From: Bdellovibrionales bacterium
Lineage (GTDB): Bacteria; Bdellovibrionota; Bdellovibrionia; Bdellovibrionales; CAYMLA01
NCBI GenBank assembly: GCA_965217115.1
Contig: OZ244239.1
Location: 448,001 to 512,000, forward strand
Direction of reading: 5' to 3'
DNA: 64,000 nucleotides
Part shown: piece after piece, positions 38,281 through 47,515 of the stretch
Layout of the letters: the number at the start of each line of letters is the position of its first letter
How positions within the stretch are numbered: position 1 is the first letter of the stretch
The notes under the pieces: generated by a model
Databases searched by the model: none
What the model was told of the DNA's origin: nothing
Seen by the model: the letters and a program-made list of their open reading frames with translations, nothing else
Position numbers and translations under genes: made by a program

Positions 38281-39072
38281 CTACTTCCCCTTAAAATCAG
38301 CACGACGCTTTTCTATAAAAGCATTCGCCCCCTCTCTTTGATCGTCACTGGTGAAGAGTTTACTAAATGCTCTTTTTTCTAAATCCATCCCCTGATCGAT
38401 AGAAACATCATAAGCACCGCTGATCACTTCTTTTGCCTCAGCTATAGCTATCGGACCACGACTTGCTATTAGTTCAGCCGTCTTTTGACACTCGGCCATC
38501 AACTCTTCAGGAGCAAACACCTTATTTACTAAACCAATGCTCCGTGCTTCCTCAGCATCAATGAAATCCCCCCGATAGATCAGCTCACGCGCTTTTGCTA
38601 AGCCCACCAGCCGAGATAAACGGACCGTGCCACCAAAACCAGGAATAAGTCCCAGTGTCACTTCAGGTAAACCAAACTTAGCTTTCTGACTAGAATAAAT
38701 AAAATCACAAGACAAAGCCAATTCCAACCCTCCACCAAGAGCAAAACCATTGACTGCTGCAATAACAGGGATTTTTAATTTCTCAAGCTGTCGAAACACA
38801 TCTTGCCCCTTACTGGCAAAACCCTGTGCATCCTTCTCATTCATAGTTGGAAAGCCTTTAATATCAGCTCCAGCCACAAACGCATTCCCTGCACCTGTTA
38901 TGATTAAACAACGTAATTTAGATTCTTTTTCAATGTCGGATAGACACTGGACTAATTCTTCGAGTGTGGATTCATCTAAAGCATTTAAAACCTTAGGGCG
39001 ATTCACCGTTAAAAGTCCAATCTCACCTTGGTTATCTAATGTTCTCTTTGTAAAAATTAATCTTTCCATCAC
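38281..39072 (-). CDS. crt: Enoyl-CoA hydratase (crotonase)
   Basis: AFVAGADI, GFALGGGLELALSCD, PEVTLGLIPGFGGT. Confidence 0.9.
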   Translation of the reverse strand: MMERLIFTKRTLDNQGEIGLLTVNRPKVLNALDESTLEELVQCLSDIEKESKLRCLIITGAGNAFVAGADIKGFPTMNEKDAQGFASKGQDVFRQLEKLKIPVIAAVNGFALGGGLELALSCDFIYSSQKAKFGLPEVTLGLIPGFGGTVRLSRLVGLAKARELIYRGDFIDAEEARSIGLVNKVFAPEELMAECQKTAELIASRGPIAIAEAKEVISGAYDVSIDQGMDLEKRAFSKLFTSDDQREGANAFIEKRRADFKGK

Positions 39073-39100
39073 ACACCTCTGTAAAACTCCTGCACTACAA

Positions 39101-39952
39101 CTAGTACTCGTAAAACCCTCTTCCTGTTTTACGTCCTAACCAGCCCGCTTCAACATATTTTACCAATAGGGGGCAAGGGCGGTATTTACTATCACCTAAT
39201 CCACTATAAAGAACTTCCATTATAGCCAGACAGGTGTCTAAACCAATAAAATCAGCAAGAGCCATTGGCCCCATTGGCTGATTCGTGCCTAACGTCATCG
39301 CATTGTCAATACTCTCAATTGAAGCAATGCCCTCATGCAGAGTGTACACCGCCTCATTAATCATGGGCATCAAGATGCGATTAACAATAAACCCAGGCAT
39401 ATCTTTGACTGACTCAACAAAAGTTTTCCCTAATTTTTCAGATAACTCTTTAACAAGTAAGAAAGTTTCGTCAGAAGTCTGCAACCCACGAATCCCTTCA
39501 ACCAATTTCATTAAAGGAACAGGATTCATAAAATGCATCCCTGCAACTTTATCAGGACGCTCCGTCGCTGTGGCAATCTTAGTGATTGAAATCGAAGATG
39601 TATTTGAACAAAGTAACGCTTCTCTCTTAATTGTTTGATCTAGTTTCTTAAAAATAGAAAGTTTTAGATCTATATTTTCCGTCGCTGCCTCAATGACAAT
39701 ATCACAGTCCTTCAACTCAACCATATCAGTGGCTGTACGCACGCGGCTTAAAAGATCTTTTTTATCTCTCTCAGAGATTTTCTCTTTTTTTATTAACCGA
39801 TCACAGCTCTTAGAAATTGTCGCTAAACCTTTCTCAAGAGCTGAATCAGAAATATCCAACATCACGACATCGTATCCTTTCATTGCCGCCACCTGAACAA
39901 TGCCATTGCCCATTTGCCCCGCTCCAACAACACCTATTAATTTTATTCCCAT
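39101..39952 (-). CDS. hbd: 3-hydroxybutyryl-CoA dehydrogenase
   Basis: [35 protein letters not shown]...D.IGLD. Confidence 0.92.
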   Translation of the reverse strand: MGIKLIGVVGAGQMGNGIVQVAAMKGYDVVMLDISDSALEKGLATISKSCDRLIKKEKISERDKKDLLSRVRTATDMVELKDCDIVIEAATENIDLKLSIFKKLDQTIKREALLCSNTSSISITKIATATERPDKVAGMHFMNPVPLMKLVEGIRGLQTSDETFLLVKELSEKLGKTFVESVKDMPGFIVNRILMPMINEAVYTLHEGIASIESIDNAMTLGTNQPMGPMALADFIGLDTCLAIMEVLYSGLGDSKYRPCPLLVKYVEAGWLGRKTGRGFYEY

Positions 39953-40142
39953 AGAAATTCTCCTCTCATCCATCAAACAAACCACGGCAAAACTACATCG
40001 AAAGAACCAAAGTCACAACCATTGTCATTTAAACCTCCTGATGTTTCTCCACTCAAATACCACAAAAAAGCAGCCGAATCACAAACTAAAGACACGTTGC
40101 GTTGATGCCTGATCATAATTCCCTCTAAATAATTAAAAACCG

Positions 40143-41645
40143 ATGAAAGACACTTGTCAGGCATGGTGGAAACGATGGAAAATAACCTTTATGCAACACC
40201 GTATCGTCTTATTTGCTATGGCTATGATTCTGCCAATAACTTCACTCTCCATGACGCCTATTTTTCGCTCTCCCAAAAGCCCCTTTGCCTCAGGGGAGAT
40301 AAATAAAAGTGAGCTTAAAAAGAACACCCAAAAAGTGATCTCTCAATCTTGGACAAACATCTACTGGCAAGGACATACCGGCTGGGTTAAATCATCAAAA
40401 TTGCTCTCGCCCTCCCATTTCCATCGTCTCGCACTTTTATCTCCAAAAGCTCCAGTGCGGTCACACCCCCATTGGAATCTAGACCCTTTGTATCTATCTC
40501 ACAAAAGCCTCCATGCCCCCATTGAACTCTTAATCATTGAAGAGGATTGGGCATTGATTTCCTTCCGCCAAAGTTCACGGCAAGGATGGGTTCCAGTGAA
40601 ATACATACAACCCATATCTGGAGATTTAGGGTTTGCTTACACACAAAAGACATCTCAACTCTATGGACAAGTACAAAATAAAGAGGTTCTCCTTGAGATA
40701 CCTCCACACTCTCGATTAGTGATTGTCAAAATAACAGGCAAACAATTCCTTGTTAGATACAAGGGCCATCTTGGGTACATTCCTATTCAACACTGTCTTA
40801 GTAAAATACATTTTGCCAACACTGTAAAAACTTTAAAAACAGCCCATTGGCTGCCTGTACATCAATTGACAACCTCCGGACTAAAAACTCCCTACGGTTT
40901 AATTTCCTTTTCATCTATCAAGGGCATTAGAGTTAAAAAAAACCTCTATTTTACAGCCAGAAAAAAAACTCCTCTTTACTTAAGTCCAAACTACTCTAAG
41001 GATCACATACAGTTGATACCTACTTTTGAACCTGTTGCTCTCATTAAGCATTTACCTGTAAAATGGGGTTTTGCTAAAATTAATTCCCATCACGATGTTG
41101 GCTCTTTTGCTTGGTGGAAGGTTTCATCTAATCACGGGGAATCACATTTACAGAAACAACGTCAAAAAGATCTTCATAGTACAGATCTTCATAGTACAGA
41201 TCTTCATAGTACAGAGGATATTTTCAAACGCAAAGTCTACGCTGTTGCCTCCAACCCTCTAAATTCTAAACTTATGTTCGCCTCAGCCCGAGGGGTTTTT
41301 CGCTCCACCGATGGGAAAACGTGGCGGAAACTCTCTAAATTTGGAACTCACAATCACCCCATAGCTATTGCTAAAAATGGGTATGTTTTTATTGGTTCTC
41401 ACAAGAGTCGTGACAATGGAAAAACATTCACTCCTTTTTTGCGCTGGGATAAGATTGCTTGGGCCATTCATCACAACAAGAAATTTTCACCTAATAACCT
41501 TAGTCTACAAGAAATAAAGATTTTAGATCAAAGGGCACGGAAAATATCAATTATTGTAAAAACTCAGAATCAGGCTTCCAGCCAAAAGCACACTCTTATC
41601 TCAATAAACAGTGGCAAAACATGGGCTGTCTCAAATTCAAAATAA
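40143..41645 (+). CDS. Exported protein with SH3-like repeats and C-terminal Asp-box (BNR) repeats
   Basis: GWV/GYI SH3b-like motifs; STDGKTW, SRDNGKTF, SINSGKTW; internal (DLHST)x3. Start may be ATG 40191. Confidence 0.65.
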   Translation: MKDTCQAWWKRWKITFMQHRIVLFAMAMILPITSLSMTPIFRSPKSPFASGEINKSELKKNTQKVISQSWTNIYWQGHTGWVKSSKLLSPSHFHRLALLSPKAPVRSHPHWNLDPLYLSHKSLHAPIELLIIEEDWALISFRQSSRQGWVPVKYIQPISGDLGFAYTQKTSQLYGQVQNKEVLLEIPPHSRLVIVKITGKQFLVRYKGHLGYIPIQHCLSKIHFANTVKTLKTAHWLPVHQLTTSGLKTPYGLISFSSIKGIRVKKNLYFTARKKTPLYLSPNYSKDHIQLIPTFEPVALIKHLPVKWGFAKINSHHDVGSFAWWKVSSNHGESHLQKQRQKDLHSTDLHSTDLHSTEDIFKRKVYAVASNPLNSKLMFASARGVFRSTDGKTWRKLSKFGTHNHPIAIAKNGYVFIGSHKSRDNGKTFTPFLRWDKIAWAIHHNKKFSPNNLSLQEIKILDQRARKISIIVKTQNQASSQKHTLISINSGKTWAVSNSK

Positions 41646-42797
41646 ATTGGTGTCTTCCTCTCCCGATTGCGCGCCCGTAGATGTGCTCTTAGGAACACGC
41701 CCTAACATAGCACGCAATCTTGCAGCACGCTTCTGCCTCTCTTTATATTTATCGTGGCTCGCGGACCCCGATAGATTGTTTAAATAAGTCTCGTAATCGA
41801 CAATTTGCACTTCAAAAGGATAAAAGAAATTTAGCCCCTTCTCTTCTCCCTGATTATCTTTAGATTCAATATGGATCAATTTCCTCGCAATAAATTTAAT
41901 AAACTTATATTTATGACTTGAATACAGGTTCTCCTTGTCTAAATACCCTCCCTCTTTACTAAATTTTTGCAAACGATCATTTAAAATTTCGTGTATTTCG
42001 TCGCTTGACGTACTCGCAGAAGCACTCTCTTCTAATTGTTTCATCGTTTCAAAAAACAACCTCGTTGGGTAGAGAGTATTATTTGCCTGATCTGGCATAA
42101 TATGGGCAAAGCTAATAACATTCTCCTCCACAAGAAAACGAATCACACGAAAAGCATCAAAAATAGATCGAGTGACAAAACGAACTCCTACCTTATCCAA
42201 TAAACTACTCGCCGTCAGATTTGGCTTAGCAAGTAGTTTAATAATCGCACTGTCCACCGACTTGTCTGGTTTTATATCAAAACGCTGGAGTTTTATTTGT
42301 TCACTGTCCTTCTTTCTCCCTAAAGTCGTTGCCCGAATAGCAGGGTCTATCCAAATACAGTCTTGAAAAGGTTTTAGAATTTGTTGCTGTATTTCACGGG
42401 AATAAACATTAAATAAATCATTTTCTAGATGGGCATGGGCGTGCATCACTCTTAAAACGACACAAGCCCATTTCTGTAGAGTTTTGTTCTCTCCTAAAGC
42501 TTCACTGGCAAAGAGAAGCAATCTCTCAATGTGAACTAATTTTGATGGCTCGTAAATCTCTTCAGGGATTTCCTCACCCTCAACCAGAAGATTATCTTTG
42601 AGAAAAGCCACTGCCCGTCGATGAATGTTCCACGCTCTACTCTTGTCGCCCTCTCTTTGAAAATCATATCCATAGGTTTTAATAAATTCAGAGGCTTCTT
42701 CACGGGATCGAAGATCTAATTGTGGAACTTCTAACGCTGAATGCCCAGCGATCACTGTGCCCATAATACGGTTGTCAAAATTAAAAGGCTCATCCAT
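41637..42797 (-). CDS. TIGR04552-like protein (RelA/SpoT-like nucleotidyltransferase fold)
   Basis: KLLAKP, DKVGVRFVT, FFYPFEVQIVD, SHDKYKERQ. Confidence 0.75.
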   Translation of the reverse strand: MDEPFNFDNRIMGTVIAGHSALEVPQLDLRSREEASEFIKTYGYDFQREGDKSRAWNIHRRAVAFLKDNLLVEGEEIPEEIYEPSKLVHIERLLLFASEALGENKTLQKWACVVLRVMHAHAHLENDLFNVYSREIQQQILKPFQDCIWIDPAIRATTLGRKKDSEQIKLQRFDIKPDKSVDSAIIKLLAKPNLTASSLLDKVGVRFVTRSIFDAFRVIRFLVEENVISFAHIMPDQANNTLYPTRLFFETMKQLEESASASTSSDEIHEILNDRLQKFSKEGGYLDKENLYSSHKYKFIKFIARKLIHIESKDNQGEEKGLNFFYPFEVQIVDYETYLNNLSGSASHDKYKERQKRAARLRAMLGRVPKSTSTGAQSGEEDTNLF

Positions 42798-42866
42798 GAA
42801 TGGTAGAATAATCCCTTATACTTCACAATTGCAAGGATTCACAGGGGTTTGAAAAATCTCTTTAGC

Positions 42867-42898
42867 AAAAAAAAATGGTGGCTACAGGAACCACCATT
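42867..42898 (-). terminator. Intrinsic terminator
   Basis: AATGGTGG-N9-CCACCATT hairpin followed by a T-run on the minus strand, just after the lipoprotein stop. Confidence 0.65.
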
Positions 42899-42916
42899 GC
42901 GGTATTACAAAACAGA

Positions 42917-43627
42917 TTACTCCACACATTTAAAAAAAGAACAGGCGTGCATCTTGAAGCCAACTGATCCAGAACCAGGTTCATCACCAAAAATCACATC
43001 ATTAGCATACCTAAAAGTTCCTGAAAATACATACTTCCCATTCTCTATAGAGAAGTAACCATCCATACTCATAGAACCATACTCATCAGAAAATTTAATT
43101 TCAGCATAATCGCCCCTTACACTTCCTCCCACAGCACTTTCGAATAGAACCTCTATGAACTCTTTGCTGCCTTCAACTAGAACTCCTAAACTGGATTTTG
43201 TTGAATTAATACTCATATAAGGAATATTGCCACTTTGAATGTCTCTTAAGTGAATTCCTCTGTCACTCTCTAATACGGCAATAGTTTTACCGGGTCCCTC
43301 AACACTTGTGATAAAAATCCCTGTGGAATTTCCCCACTGAGTACTTACTGATCCTAATTTAGAAAAATCACTACCAAGCTTCTTGAATTTTTTTGTAGAT
43401 GCAACAAGTCCATATGCAAAGGTGTTAAATTCCTCTTGATACTGAGAGTCTGTAAGTAATTGACCCCAATTTCCACCACTGCTACTAGAGCCACCTAAAC
43501 TATTGTTAGGGCCAGGAGCATAGCCAATTCCACTATTGCGTGTTATTGATGCTCCAGATTCCTTTTCGCCACAACCAATAAGGGCACTTAAACTCAATGT
43601 TAATAATGTTACTAATAGATATTTCAT
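42917..43627 (-). CDS. Putative lipoprotein
   Basis: GAGGAG RBS; MKYLLVTLLTLSLSALIGC lipobox. Confidence 0.75.
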   Translation of the reverse strand: MKYLLVTLLTLSLSALIGCGEKESGASITRNSGIGYAPGPNNSLGGSSSSGGNWGQLLTDSQYQEEFNTFAYGLVASTKKFKKLGSDFSKLGSVSTQWGNSTGIFITSVEGPGKTIAVLESDRGIHLRDIQSGNIPYMSINSTKSSLGVLVEGSKEFIEVLFESAVGGSVRGDYAEIKFSDEYGSMSMDGYFSIENGKYVFSGTFRYANDVIFGDEPGSGSVGFKMHACSFFKCVE

Positions 43628-43668
43628 TGTATCTCCTCGTTTAATAAAGTTGTTCAACACTATTAAGA

Positions 43669-43683
43669 GCAAAGATGAGGCCA
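43669..43683 (-). promoter_or_regulatory. Sigma54 -24/-12 promoter
   Basis: Minus strand TGGC-CTCATCT-TTGC, about 40 bp upstream of the lipoprotein ATG. Confidence 0.6.
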
Positions 43684-43864
43684 GCTTTCCATCCATTTGG
43701 CACACCAAACCCGTGTGAGTTGTTTCTGGTAAGAGGGCTTTGCATCAAAATGAGACTGTGACTAAAAATGTCTCTCCCGTGGTAAACAGCCGACTAATCC
43801 TTTGACACTTCTCCAATTTGAATAGGAATAGCTTTTTTAAACCGCCCATTAAAAAAACCGCCCA

Positions 43865-46042
43865 TTATTTACCAGGGCTTGAGTAGAATTTGCGCTCTGT
43901 TTTTGCCATATTACGCAAAGGTTGGCTCGGCTTGAAGCGAATGGCCCCATCCTTTCTTGCATATATCTCCAGCTGATCAGAAATATAACTCGCACCCATG
44001 GTGTCCGCATACCTTAGAATGCCCCCGCGAAAAGGTGGAAAGCCTATCCCCATTATCATTGCCAGATCAACCTCTTCTGCGCTCTCAACAATACGATCTT
44101 CCAGCAAAGCCAGAGACGCTTCATTAATCATAGAAAATAATCCCCTCTCCAAGCACTCTTTTTTGGTCAGAGGATTGGTTGGCTCTTTCAAGCCCATATC
44201 AGAATAGACAGAATGATCAACTCCTGATTTTACGCCTTTCTCATTATATTTATAAAAACCCTTTCCATTTTTTTTACCCAAGCGCTGGGTCTGAGACAAT
44301 GTCAGAAAAGCCTTGGATATCTGAACTCTATCGCCAAAGGATTCTTTAAACATTTTAAGCACCTTCACACACACATCCAAACCCACTTCATCCATTAAAG
44401 CGTGGGGCCCCATGGGCAAACCAACCTCTTTCACATAGTATTCATCTAAGGCCTCAATCGACATTCCATCGGCCAACAAATGCATACTCTCACTAATATA
44501 AGGAATTAAAATCCGATTGACTAAGAAGCCTGGAGCATCCTTAACAACCACAGGGGTTTTGCCCATTCTCTTTGCAAGATTAAACACTGTCGCCACTGTC
44601 TCATCACTGGTTTTCTCACCACGAATCACTTCCACTAAAGGCATCTTATCCACTGGATTGAAAAAATGAAGTCCAACAAAATTTTCTGGATGAGGATGGG
44701 CTAAGGCTATCTCATTCACGCTCAAAGAAGAGGTGTTTGTCGCCATAATACAATCACTTGAGCAATGTTTCGCCGCTTCGGCAATAACTGATTTCTTTAT
44801 ACTCAAATCCTCAACAATCGCTTCAATCACCAAGTCTAAGTTAGAAAAGCCAGCGTAATTTAAGCCAGCACTGATCAATCCCATTTTTCTCTTGTATTCA
44901 ACTTTCTTCAAACGCCGACGCTTGACTTTCTTCTGCCAAATATCCGAAGCCGATTTAAACCCAAGGGCCAAAGCCGTATTATTAATATCCTTAAGGCGAA
45001 CATCAATACCCTTGTCAGCCGCCACATAGGCTATACCACCACCCATTGTTCCCGCACCTAAAACAGACATGTTAGAAATTTTATGGGCTCTGACCTCTTT
45101 ACCTGGAATACCTTTTCTCTTTTTCACAGCTTCCATCATAAAAAATAAATTAATTAAATTTTTAGAAACATCCGTCACCGCAACCTGACAAAAACCTTCA
45201 GACTCAATACACATCGCGCGCGAACGATTAGACATGCCATAAGTTTTCTTAATAACTTCAATCGCCTTCAGGGGAGCTGGGTAATGACCATGACTCATCT
45301 TCAAAACCGACTCTCTGGCTTTTTTAAAAACAATGCCTCTTCCTAGAAAGGAATGGAGGAACCGCTCTACCAAATTTCTTCCTCTGAAGGTTTTCTTTCT
45401 CTTGTTAGCTCCATCTGCAATCGCTTTTTTTGCCACCTGCAAAGATTTATGCAAAAGATTTTCTCTATGGACCACTTCATCCACGAGACCTATCTTTTTA
45501 GCCTTGCGACTATCTACATTCTTTCCTGCTAAAATAATATCCAATGAAGCCGGTAAGCCTACCAATCTAGGCAAACGAACACAGCCACCAAAACCAGGAA
45601 TGATTCCCAACTTTGTTTCAGGCAAACCAATTCTTGTCGATTTATCATTAGTGCAAATACGATGATCACAGGCTAAGATAACCTCTGTTCCACCACCCAT
45701 ACAAGCCCCATGAACCGCCGCAATCACGGGAATACTTAAATCCTCGATTTTATTCATCACCCCCTGACCCACTCCAACGGCATGACGAAAACCCTCTGCG
45801 GATTTAATATTTTTGATTTCATTGATGTCAGCGCCCGCAATAAAAATCTTCTCTTTCTTAGAGATCAGCACTGCAGCTTTAAACTTTCCGCTACTTAATT
45901 CACTCAAAACGTGATCAAAGCGTGTCAGAGTCTGCCCATCTAACTTATTTACGCTTTCACCGATTAAATCTAGCTCTATGATAGCGATGTCTGAATAATG
46001 GCCTTCACCTTGGGCAATTTTTACACTTTCTTCCATACCCAT
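43865..46042 (-). CDS. fadJ: Fatty-acid oxidation complex alpha subunit (enoyl-CoA hydratase/3-hydroxyacyl-CoA dehydrogenase)
   Basis: FIAGADI, GLPETKLGIIPG, GAGTMGGGI, TNTSSL, GLHFFNP, GFPPFRGG. Confidence 0.92.
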   Translation of the reverse strand: MGMEESVKIAQGEGHYSDIAIIELDLIGESVNKLDGQTLTRFDHVLSELSSGKFKAAVLISKKEKIFIAGADINEIKNIKSAEGFRHAVGVGQGVMNKIEDLSIPVIAAVHGACMGGGTEVILACDHRICTNDKSTRIGLPETKLGIIPGFGGCVRLPRLVGLPASLDIILAGKNVDSRKAKKIGLVDEVVHRENLLHKSLQVAKKAIADGANKRKKTFRGRNLVERFLHSFLGRGIVFKKARESVLKMSHGHYPAPLKAIEVIKKTYGMSNRSRAMCIESEGFCQVAVTDVSKNLINLFFMMEAVKKRKGIPGKEVRAHKISNMSVLGAGTMGGGIAYVAADKGIDVRLKDINNTALALGFKSASDIWQKKVKRRRLKKVEYKRKMGLISAGLNYAGFSNLDLVIEAIVEDLSIKKSVIAEAAKHCSSDCIMATNTSSLSVNEIALAHPHPENFVGLHFFNPVDKMPLVEVIRGEKTSDETVATVFNLAKRMGKTPVVVKDAPGFLVNRILIPYISESMHLLADGMSIEALDEYYVKEVGLPMGPHALMDEVGLDVCVKVLKMFKESFGDRVQISKAFLTLSQTQRLGKKNGKGFYKYNEKGVKSGVDHSVYSDMGLKEPTNPLTKKECLERGLFSMINEASLALLEDRIVESAEEVDLAMIMGIGFPPFRGGILRYADTMGASYISDQLEIYARKDGAIRFKPSQPLRNMAKTERKFYSSPGK

Positions 46043-46044
46043 AA

Positions 46045-47343
46045 TTACGCCTCTTCTCTCTCTAGAATAATAGCCCCACCTTGACCTCCACCAATACACA
46101 AAGTCGCCAAACCATATCTTATCTTACGGCGTTGCATCTCTTTAGCGAGCGTCAAAGTGATCCGCGTTCCTGTCGTACCCACTGGATGTCCCAGAGCAAT
46201 CGCACCACCATTCACATTCATAATCGAACGATCCACCCTACCAATGGCCCTATCCAAACCCAACTTCTCACGGGCAAACTCATCACTAGCGAAAGCCTTT
46301 TCACAGGCAATCACCTGCGCAGCAAAAGCCTCATTAAGCTCCACCAACCCCATATCTTTCATTTCTAAACCCGCTCTTTTTAACGCCACAGGAGTCGCAT
46401 ACACAGGTCCCAATCCCATTCTCTCAGGCTCTAATCCAGCAAAAGCGTAGGACTTTATTGTCACTAAAGGTTTATACCCCAACTCTTGAGCTTTCTTACG
46501 ACTCATTAACAGAACCATGGCCGCACCATCAGTGATCGGGCAAGCATTGGCCACTGTCACTGTTCCCTCTCTGCGGTCAAAGTAAGGGCGCAACTTAGCC
46601 AATTGTTCCATGGACTGCTCCTCTCTTGGACCCAGGTCATTTTCTACCACCTTAGAGTATTTGGGGGGTAAGAACACGGGGGTTATCTCTTCAGCCAAAC
46701 GCCCTTCTCTTTGGGCAGCCACTGCACGTTGATGGCTCATCAATGCATACTCATCTTGCTCTTGACGCGTAATACTGAATTCCCGAGCAAGAACCTCCGC
46801 CGTCTGACCCATATTAATACCAACAAAAGGATCTGTTAACCCTTCCAACACAGCGACCCGAGGTTTTAAATCTTTTAATTTAAGCTTTTTTAATGCTTTT
46901 AATCTCTTCTTCAAAGTTTTTGCAAAAGCAAATTCACCGAAAATATTTTGAAATTGACGAGTGAATATCAACGGCATCTGCGACATAGACTCTGTTCCGC
47001 CTGCGATAACAACATCCATCGTGCCTGATTTAATTTTTTCATAACCAGAGGCGATACTCTCCAAAGCCGATGCACAGTTTCGATGAACAGTGTAGGCCGA
47101 AGTTTTTAAAGGGATCCCAGCATGAAGGGCCACCACGCGACCGATGTTTAATGCATCTGAGGGGCTTCCTACATTACCAACAATCACTTCATCCACCACG
47201 TCCACATTCAGATTAGTTCGTGCAATCAACTCCTTTAAAGCAATTTGGCCTAACATTGCAGGGTCAACATCCTTCAATTTACTCCCTGCCTTCACAAAAG
47301 GAGTTCTAATTCCATCCACTAAAACGACGTCACGATCATCCAT
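46045..47343 (-). CDS. fadI: Acetyl-CoA C-acyltransferase (thiolase)
   Basis: RNCAS, NEAFAAQ, GGAIALGHP, CIGGGQG. Confidence 0.92.
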   Translation of the reverse strand: MDDRDVVLVDGIRTPFVKAGSKLKDVDPAMLGQIALKELIARTNLNVDVVDEVIVGNVGSPSDALNIGRVVALHAGIPLKTSAYTVHRNCASALESIASGYEKIKSGTMDVVIAGGTESMSQMPLIFTRQFQNIFGEFAFAKTLKKRLKALKKLKLKDLKPRVAVLEGLTDPFVGINMGQTAEVLAREFSITRQEQDEYALMSHQRAVAAQREGRLAEEITPVFLPPKYSKVVENDLGPREEQSMEQLAKLRPYFDRREGTVTVANACPITDGAAMVLLMSRKKAQELGYKPLVTIKSYAFAGLEPERMGLGPVYATPVALKRAGLEMKDMGLVELNEAFAAQVIACEKAFASDEFAREKLGLDRAIGRVDRSIMNVNGGAIALGHPVGTTGTRITLTLAKEMQRRKIRYGLATLCIGGGQGGAIILEREEA

Positions 47344-47515
47344 TCTGTCTCCCACTTCAAACCGAGACCATTATACACCTTTGGCCTCTTTTAACCATAG
47401 AAATGTTCACTATATAATGCCCTCTATCATTGTCTACACCAGATAATGTGGCTTGAAAGATCCATATTTAATTACTACAATTTAGAGACCTTTTTGATTT
47501 TCACTGGAGAATAAC

